DNA from: Candidatus Kapaibacterium sp.
Lineage (GTDB): Bacteria > Bacteroidota > Ignavibacteria > Kapaibacteriales > UBA2268
Direction: 5' to 3'
Length of the DNA stretch: 64,000 bases
Assembly (NCBI GenBank): GCA_963665665.1
Contig: OY762428.1
Location: forward strand, 448,001-512,000
Below, piece by piece: positions 57,483 through 64,000 of this stretch. The translations under genes and the position numbers were made by a program. Position 1 is the stretch's first letter. The number at the start of each line of letters is the position of its first letter. The notes beneath the pieces were generated by a model, which had not been told where the DNA came from, searched no databases, and worked only from the letters and a program-made list of their open reading frames with translations.

Positions 57483-58340
57483 ATGGAACAAGAAGAAAAA
57501 TATATAAATCCCTTTACGGATTTTGGATTTAAGAAACTTTTTGGTGAAGAACCAAACAAAGATTTACTTCTTGATTTTCTTAACGAATTGCTCAGAGAAG
57601 AACAGGGTGAAATTACCAGTTTAACATATTTGAAATCTGAGCATCTTGGTGATACTGATTTAGATAGAAAAGCCATTTTCGACCTTTATTGCGAAAATGA
57701 AAAGGGAGAGAAATTTATTGTTGAGCTTCAAAAATCAAAACAAAATTTTTTCAAAGACCGAACAGTATATTATTCAACTTTTCCTATCAGGCAACAAGCA
57801 AAAAGGAAAGACTGGAATTATGAATTAAAAGCTGTATATACAATAGCCATACTTGATTTTATTTTTGACGAAGACAAGAATGATCCTCATAAATATCGAT
57901 ATGATATAAAATTATCAGATACTGAAACTCATAAAATATTCTATGACAAGTTAACTTTCATTTACCTTGAAATGCCAAAGTTTAATAAAACTATCGATGA
58001 ACTTGAAACCAGATTCGACAAATGGCTATATGTTATTAAAAATTTAAACTGGCTGGACAGAATACCGAATAAACTTAGAGAAAAAATATTTGAAAAGCTT
58101 TTTGAAGTTGCCGAGATTGCAAAGTTTACCCCTGAGCAAATTTTGAATTATGAAAATAGTTTGAAATATTACAGGGATCTGAAAAATTCAATTGATACTG
58201 CTAAGGAAGAAGGTAAGGAGGAGGGTAAAGAAGAAAGATCAATAGAAATTGCAAAAAAATTATTAAATAAGGGATACCAAACTGACGAAATAGCTGAAAT
58301 TACCGGACTAACAAAAAATGATATAAACCAATTGAGCTAA
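57483..58340 (+). CDS. Rpn family PD-(D/E)XK nuclease / putative transposase
   Basis: INPFTDFGFKKLFG, AIFDLYC, FIVELQ, YLEMPKF, EEGKEEG repeats, IAEITGL. Confidence 0.92.
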   Translation: MEQEEKYINPFTDFGFKKLFGEEPNKDLLLDFLNELLREEQGEITSLTYLKSEHLGDTDLDRKAIFDLYCENEKGEKFIVELQKSKQNFFKDRTVYYSTFPIRQQAKRKDWNYELKAVYTIAILDFIFDEDKNDPHKYRYDIKLSDTETHKIFYDKLTFIYLEMPKFNKTIDELETRFDKWLYVIKNLNWLDRIPNKLREKIFEKLFEVAEIAKFTPEQILNYENSLKYYRDLKNSIDTAKEEGKEEGKEERSIEIAKKLLNKGYQTDEIAEITGLTKNDINQLS

Positions 58341-58455
58341 AAATCAATAATAATTCCAATATTAGTTCTGTTTTAACGAAACAAATAGCGCCTTATCTTG
58401 TTTATATAATATAAAAGATGTAATTTCGGAAAGTTTGAAAGTATGGAGTTTATAA

Positions 58456-58911
58456 ATGATGAGAAGCATGGCAAAATTAATTGTAAGAATATTACCCGCA
58501 GCGTTAATTATTTCTATCCTTGCATCAATCAATATTTTCCCGGACATTCCCAAACCGGACATGAAAAAAGCCAAAAAGCTTTATATAGAACAGTGTTCGA
58601 AATGCCACAGGAAAAATGGCAAGGGAATTAAAAGGGTTTATCCACCATTAAAAGATGCTGATTATATTGTTGAAAATCCGACAGAAGAGCTGCTCAGGGG
58701 AATGATCTTTGGCCGCAGCGGAAAAATTACAGTGAACGGAAAAACCTACAACGGAGTAATGACAACGGAAATCGACGAATCCATTAGCGATTCCGATATT
58801 GCGCTGATACTTACTTATGTTTACAAAGAACTTAATGATATGAAAAAAGTTGTGACGGCAAAAGAAGTTGCCGATGCCAGGAAAAAAGGTAAATTACCTG
58901 AACATAAATAG
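58456..58911 (+). CDS. Periplasmic monoheme cytochrome c
   Basis: LY...CSKCH...GKG..YPPL, VNGKTYNGVM, IA.ILTYV. Confidence 0.88.
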   Translation: MMRSMAKLIVRILPAALIISILASINIFPDIPKPDMKKAKKLYIEQCSKCHRKNGKGIKRVYPPLKDADYIVENPTEELLRGMIFGRSGKITVNGKTYNGVMTTEIDESISDSDIALILTYVYKELNDMKKVVTAKEVADARKKGKLPEHK

Positions 58912-58918
58912 GCCTGAT

Positions 58919-60085
58919 ATGTTGCTAAGATTTGTAATTATTTTTATTTTTAGCCTGTTTTCAACATCTGAAATTTTCGCAACACCTGAACTGGCCCTGA
59001 TGACTGGTAACCGTTGTTCGGAATGCCATTTGTCTGTTACTGGCGGAGGGGCGAGAAATGAATTCGGTTGGCAGTTCGGTTCTGATGCATCCACTTACAG
59101 GCCCGCAAAATTCTCGATGGAAGATATTTATGAAATTTGCGATAAAAATGATTATTCCTATCTTGATGGTTTATTTGCTTTCGGGACTGATTTCAGGTTA
59201 CAGACAATACGTTCTCATAAAACAGAAGATGCTGAAAGAAGAATAATTCCAATGCAGGCAGCTCTGTACCTAAGCTCTCAACCTGCTGAGTGGCTGCTGC
59301 TTGACGGACAATACAACGTAGGGCCAAAGATCTTTCCCGGGCAAAAAGAATGGTCGGCATCTGTTTTAATCCGGCCTTCGGATTATCTTCCGATGATCAA
59401 AGCGGGATTCTTTCAGCCAACTATTGGAATTCGCGAGTGCGATATGACTCAGTTCGATCGCAGAATAGCTGTTCAGGATGGTACCGAATCGCTAATAGCC
59501 CCAAATTTTGCAGAAGCCGGAGTGGAAGTTATATACGAGGGAACTGAATGGCTCACTGTAAGTGCCGGTATTTTTGACAGCCGCAGCCTCAGTGAAGTAA
59601 AAGTATTCGGTTCAATAGGAAACCTGATAACTGTTCCGGACAATCCCACGGAAACAATCAGGATTGTTTTCTGGCCAGCTCTGTTATGGGATATCCCTGT
59701 AGGGTATTTTGGCGCTTCAGGTATGGTCAACGGCGATTTCTATCTTACCAATATTTTTGCATATCAATCAATAACAGATTTGCTTAGTGTATATGCTCAA
59801 TACTCATTTTCCGATAAGGAATTTGTAAGGGAAACACGCAATATTACAGCCGGTGTTAGTTATTCACCCTGGGCAGGGGTTATCTTTGGATTAAGAGGGG
59901 AAAAAGGTTTAACTGAAATATCTCTCGGGCAGGGGGTTAATACAAAATTTGATACATACCAGGCTGTTCTTTATGCCACTTGGATGATACTGCCTTATAT
60001 CGAGTTGCGTCCGGAATACCGATATATGAATGCTTATGAGTATGAATCAACACGTTGGGCTTTCCAGTTTCATTTCTATTATTGA
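58919..60085 (+). CDS. Outer-membrane beta-barrel with N-terminal CxxCH (Cyc2-like cytochrome-porin fusion)
   Basis: ATG 58919; signal peptide, then TPELALMTGNRCSECH...RNEFG.QF; barrel strands ending QFHFYY. Confidence 0.72.
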   Translation: MLLRFVIIFIFSLFSTSEIFATPELALMTGNRCSECHLSVTGGGARNEFGWQFGSDASTYRPAKFSMEDIYEICDKNDYSYLDGLFAFGTDFRLQTIRSHKTEDAERRIIPMQAALYLSSQPAEWLLLDGQYNVGPKIFPGQKEWSASVLIRPSDYLPMIKAGFFQPTIGIRECDMTQFDRRIAVQDGTESLIAPNFAEAGVEVIYEGTEWLTVSAGIFDSRSLSEVKVFGSIGNLITVPDNPTETIRIVFWPALLWDIPVGYFGASGMVNGDFYLTNIFAYQSITDLLSVYAQYSFSDKEFVRETRNITAGVSYSPWAGVIFGLRGEKGLTEISLGQGVNTKFDTYQAVLYATWMILPYIELRPEYRYMNAYEYESTRWAFQFHFYY

Positions 60086-60194
60086 TTTGGCTTTTATAAT
60101 TATCTGACAATTTGATTTTATTTTTAATTCTTACCTTTGTATTCTACAAGGTGCTTATTTGTATAGTTGTGTTTTTAGGACTAAGGATTTAATA

Positions 60195-62543
60195 ATGAAA
60201 AAATTATTTTTTGTAATAGTGTTTTCAATAATATTTGCCATAAACCACCCAATATATCTGAGCAGCCAGGAATTAACCCAGGTAGTCAGGGGAAGAGTAA
60301 TTGACGCTAATAATCAGCATCCTGTTATCGGGGCTACGGTACTAATTGCCGATACAAAACTTGGTTCATTTACACAACAGGATGGTACATTCAAAATAAA
60401 AAACGTACCTGTAGGCAGGCAAAAGCTTGTTGTTCGGTCGGTATCTTATGAAAGCCGGGTTATTGATATTATTGTTGGTTCCGGAAAGGAAATTGTAAAA
60501 ACAATTGAATTGATACCGTCTATTGTTGAAACCGGCGAAGTAAAAGTTGTGGCTGACAGGGGAGGATTTGCATCAATTAATGAAACAGCAATAGTCAGTT
60601 CAACCCTGTTCGACATGGATGATGTGGAGCGTTTTGCAGGAGCCAGGAACGATCCTGCCCGAATGGCTCAGAATTATGCCGGTGTGGTTGGTACTGACGA
60701 TTCCAGAAATGATATAATCATCAGGGGTGGTTCGCCAACAGAACTGCTTTGGAGGGTGGACGGACTTGATATACCCAACCCTAACCATTTTGCCACTCAG
60801 GGGGCTACAGGCGGCCCTGTAAATGCTATAAACAGCCTTCTTCTTGCCAACAGCGACTTTATTACCGGGGCCTTCCCTGCTGAATATACTGACAAAATGA
60901 GCGGTGTATTTGACCTGAAAACAAGAAAGGGCAATGATGAAAAATATGAGTTTACCGGACAGTTTGGTTTTAACGGGTTTGAATTTGGAGCAGAAGGGCC
61001 AACCCCTTTTGAGAGATCTTCATTTATTGCTAACTATAGATATTCATTCCTTGACTTGATTGATAAAATGGGATTCGATCTCGGTTTTGCCGGTATTCCG
61101 CGCTATCAGGACGGTACACTAAAGCTTGATTTTCAAATTGGGCAGGCAGATTATATCAGCCTTACTTCAATTTTTGGTATTAGCGAGATAAATATAAAGG
61201 AATCGGAAGAAGATGATGTTTATACTGGTGATTTTGATATTCTGAACGGTTCCGATTTGTTTACACTTGGTATAAACTGGAAGCATTTATTCTCGAAAAA
61301 AGTATTCTCAACAATGACAACAGGCTATGTTTATTCCAATTACCTTACTGATATGGACTCGATAACCACTGATCCTGAAAATAATGTTTTAAGTGCTGAC
61401 AGGTGGTTTGTTCAGAATTCAGCAGAATCATATATAACTATGAAATATAATCTGAATTACCTTCCTGAGAAGTCTCATTCCCTGGCAATAGGTGCGGAAA
61501 GCCGGATATTGAATTTTAATTTGTCAAGAAAACGAATTGCCGATTATTATGATGGCGGTGAGTTATGGATTAATAAAGCTGACGGTAATGGCCTGCATTT
61601 CCTTTCATTTTTTAATTGGAACTGGCGGCCGGACGCAGACCTGACAGTTAATCTCGGGCTTAGTTCACAATACCATTCAATTAGCAAAAAATATACTGCC
61701 GAGCCAAGAGCATCATTAAGTTACAGGCTGTCAGAAAAGCATAGCTGTGAACTTGGTTTCGGAGTACACAGGCAGTCACTGCCGCTTTCCGTTCTATATT
61801 CAAATCAAAATAATGAAGACCTGGACTTCATGCAGTCAGTTCATTACATTGCAGGATACTCCTGGCAGCCTTTCGGAGAACTTATGTTAAAGGCAGAAAT
61901 ATATTATAAAAATTTGAGTAAAATACCGGTTGAAGCACAAGAAAGAAGTGCGTGGTCATTCCTGAACACCGGAGCCGATTACGGCGCTGTTACCTACGAC
62001 GACAGGGAATTAAAAAGTACGGGTAATGGAAAAGCTTATGGATTTGATTTTTCAGCAACAAAACATTTTACAGATGGGTACTACATTACAGGAACTGCAA
62101 GCTTTATCAGACAGAAATATGAAGGGTCTGACGGAATTGAACGAAACGGAGCTTTCGATAATAAATTCGTATTTAATCTGTTAGCAGGATACGAATGGAA
62201 ATTAAGCGAAACACACTCCCTTGATTTTTCTGGAAAATATATTATTGCCGGTGGTGTTCCTTACACTCCTGTCGATCCTGAAAAATCAAAAGAAGCAAGC
62301 AGAACTGAACATTTAGAAGATGAAGCATTTTCATTAAGATATGATGATTATAGCAAATTTGATATTAAAGTGGAATTCAGACATAATTATCCTGGCTTTG
62401 CAATTATCAGTTTTATATCGGCAGAAAATATTTTTAATCAGAACAATCCCCTGATGTACCTTTACGACGTAAAAAATGATAATATTAAGCGGGTAAATCA
62501 ACTCGGAACATTTATTGTTGGCGGCTTTAGAATAGAATTTTAA
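60195..62543 (+). CDS. TonB-dependent receptor with N-terminal carboxypeptidase-regulatory-like domain
   Basis: VRGRVID...VIGATV, RNDIIIRGGSP, DIPNPNHF, GAFPAEY, terminal GFRIEF. Confidence 0.92.
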   Translation: MKKLFFVIVFSIIFAINHPIYLSSQELTQVVRGRVIDANNQHPVIGATVLIADTKLGSFTQQDGTFKIKNVPVGRQKLVVRSVSYESRVIDIIVGSGKEIVKTIELIPSIVETGEVKVVADRGGFASINETAIVSSTLFDMDDVERFAGARNDPARMAQNYAGVVGTDDSRNDIIIRGGSPTELLWRVDGLDIPNPNHFATQGATGGPVNAINSLLLANSDFITGAFPAEYTDKMSGVFDLKTRKGNDEKYEFTGQFGFNGFEFGAEGPTPFERSSFIANYRYSFLDLIDKMGFDLGFAGIPRYQDGTLKLDFQIGQADYISLTSIFGISEINIKESEEDDVYTGDFDILNGSDLFTLGINWKHLFSKKVFSTMTTGYVYSNYLTDMDSITTDPENNVLSADRWFVQNSAESYITMKYNLNYLPEKSHSLAIGAESRILNFNLSRKRIADYYDGGELWINKADGNGLHFLSFFNWNWRPDADLTVNLGLSSQYHSISKKYTAEPRASLSYRLSEKHSCELGFGVHRQSLPLSVLYSNQNNEDLDFMQSVHYIAGYSWQPFGELMLKAEIYYKNLSKIPVEAQERSAWSFLNTGADYGAVTYDDRELKSTGNGKAYGFDFSATKHFTDGYYITGTASFIRQKYEGSDGIERNGAFDNKFVFNLLAGYEWKLSETHSLDFSGKYIIAGGVPYTPVDPEKSKEASRTEHLEDEAFSLRYDDYSKFDIKVEFRHNYPGFAIISFISAENIFNQNNPLMYLYDVKNDNIKRVNQLGTFIVGGFRIEF

Positions 62544-62589
62544 CGATGGGTGGAATATCCAAAAATTGAAAGTATTTAATGATGTATGA

Positions 62590-63459
62590 TTATCGCCCGG
62601 GCTTTTCATTGGAATAGTTTTTCAGAAAAAACAACTCTCCCGGTGTAAGCGATTCCTGTCCGCTATCAAGAATTTTGTCAAGAATATAGTCAAGCCTTTC
62701 TTCAGGCTCCATATCAAAATTCTCATATTCTTCAGGAATTTCGGAATCATGTTTTCTACTGTTGGCCCTGTATGATTTCTCGGCACTTATCATAGCCATT
62801 CTCAGTTCTTCAGGATTAGGAATATCCGGTTCGGAATTTTTTTCTTCTGATTTCAAAAAAGACTTTAAGAACCTGATTTGCAGATAACACAGGGATGCCG
62901 TCAGTATTCCGAATAGTGCAGAAGCAGAAGAAATGAGTACAGCATCGCTACCGGTATCATAAATATAATAAAATTTTATACTGCCCCACAATGCTATCAG
63001 TGCAGTAATTATAAACACCAGCCTGAGTGAAGGAGCAAACCGAACCTTTAAATGGGTTGAAGGATTCATATAAACGAAAAGTGTAAGAACAAAAAAACTG
63101 ATTCCTTCCAATCCGCTTAAAGCAGAAGAACTATTCCAGAAAAGAAGAGTATGGATTACTCCCTGAAGGAATATTAACGGTGGTAATAACGATAAGAATA
63201 CACCACCTTTAAGTATTTTTTCAAGCCTTGGAGCTACAAGATAGAATGTAAACAAAAATAAAACAAGGCCTTCGGCAGACGTAGTTGCAAATGGAAATGA
63301 TATCAGCCGCCAATATTCCGATTTATTAATAACTAATCCCGGCACAAGCTCCAAAGCAGAACTAATTATCCCGCCAAGGAAAATGTCAATAACAATTAGC
63401 AGAAATACCAGCGGTATTATCTTTTGTGAATGTGTCCCTATAGTCCTGATACCAAACAA
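62590..63459 (-). CDS. Rhomboid-like membrane protein with DUF6576-like C-terminal domain, probably catalytically inactive
   Basis: L.LVP....EYWRLISF.F; about 6 TMs; GLEG in place of GxSG; C-terminal LD.ILDKI..SG.ESLT..E. TTG start. Confidence 0.72.
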   Translation of the reverse strand: MFGIRTIGTHSQKIIPLVFLLIVIDIFLGGIISSALELVPGLVINKSEYWRLISFPFATTSAEGLVLFLFTFYLVAPRLEKILKGGVFLSLLPPLIFLQGVIHTLLFWNSSSALSGLEGISFFVLTLFVYMNPSTHLKVRFAPSLRLVFIITALIALWGSIKFYYIYDTGSDAVLISSASALFGILTASLCYLQIRFLKSFLKSEEKNSEPDIPNPEELRMAMISAEKSYRANSRKHDSEIPEEYENFDMEPEERLDYILDKILDSGQESLTPGELFFLKNYSNEKPGR

Positions 63460-63466
63460 TTTTCCA

Positions 63467-64000
63467 TTATCTCAGGTTTAATATTATCGAATATGGATAA
63501 GGGCTGAAGTGTCCCGGTTTCGGTGACTTATTCAAACCCGAATATTCAAAATTAGAATATTTTCTTATATTTTCAAAATAAGCAATTGAAAAAGGTATTT
63601 CATCTCCGGGATATAAAGTAACGTCTTCATCTCCATTACCTGTTTCAAGTTTACGCCTGAATTCAACGACCCACATGCCGTCCTTGTACTGCCCCTTTGC
63701 TTGAATATCTCCCCTTCCGTTTTCAGGCGATTCCTGCGTACCAAGAAGCCATCCGGGCACATAGTCCCCTATACTCCAGGACGCACCTGTAATAGGGTTA
63801 TTATCCGGACTGAAATCTACTGATGAATTTTTCCAAAGATACCTGCTCTTGTCGAAACCGTTATTGCCATTGGCAGGCAGTTTAAGTGGTAAATAGGATG
63901 TTGAAGTATAATTAGGGTTAGCAAATTCATTGCCGTCATCTCCCGAGCGCCTGTCGGGGTTAATTCCGTCAAGCCCCGAAGCATAATAGTCATCTGCATA
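63467..64000 (-). CDS. Ethylbenzene dehydrogenase gamma-like (EB_dh/DOMON) protein, 5' end outside the window
   Basis: Frame is open to the window edge: YADDYY...VPGWLL...GDIQAKGQYKDGMWVVEFRRKLETG..DV...FSIAYF. Confidence 0.75.
   Translation of the reverse strand, partial: YADDYYASGLDGINPDRRSGDDGNEFANPNYTSTSYLPLKLPANGNNGFDKSRYLWKNSSVDFSPDNNPITGASWSIGDYVPGWLLGTQESPENGRGDIQAKGQYKDGMWVVEFRRKLETGNGDEDVTLYPGDEIPFSIAYFENIRKYSNFEYSGLNKSPKPGHFSPYPYSIILNLR

Noticed and set aside
57483-58340. Insertion sequence
   Set aside because: No terminal inverted repeats or target-site duplication; the Rpn transposase label is not supported by the flanks.

Overview
A 64-kb AT-rich chromosomal window from an FCB-group bacterium. 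The combination of T9SS C-terminal sorting domains, TAnnTTTG promoter motifs, SD-like RBSs and flhA points to a Kapabacteria/Ignavibacteria-like lineage; this is inference, not a database result. Housekeeping genes (gap, two divergent pgk paralogs, trxB, purC, flhA, glgA, slyD-like, hutI, hpnE, a degenerate aspartokinase) alternate with accessory surface and signalling modules. The main accessory features are: (1) a tandem array of at least 4 membrane receptors with variable extracellular TPR domains and a mosaic, near-constant PP2C/SpoIIE output (1-9146); (2) a duplicated two-gene unit, a secreted 14-Cys protein plus a T9SS-anchored BNR beta-propeller, whose copies diverge in discrete patches, carry different T9SS tails and are bracketed by REP/MITE-like elements (14009-20874), which is the best candidate for an undescribed co-diversifying ligand/receptor or surface-assembly system; (3) a similarly organised Cys-rich protein/putative propeller/CxxC module (45127-47295); (4) a 1884-aa T9SS protein with an extremely Tyr-rich GEVED domain; (5) a Cyc2-like cytochrome-porin next to a monoheme cytochrome c; (6) a candidate ~140-nt structured RNA; and (7) two unrelated 21-bp tandem repeats. 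No rRNA, tRNA, CRISPR array, integrase or reverse transcriptase was recognised.
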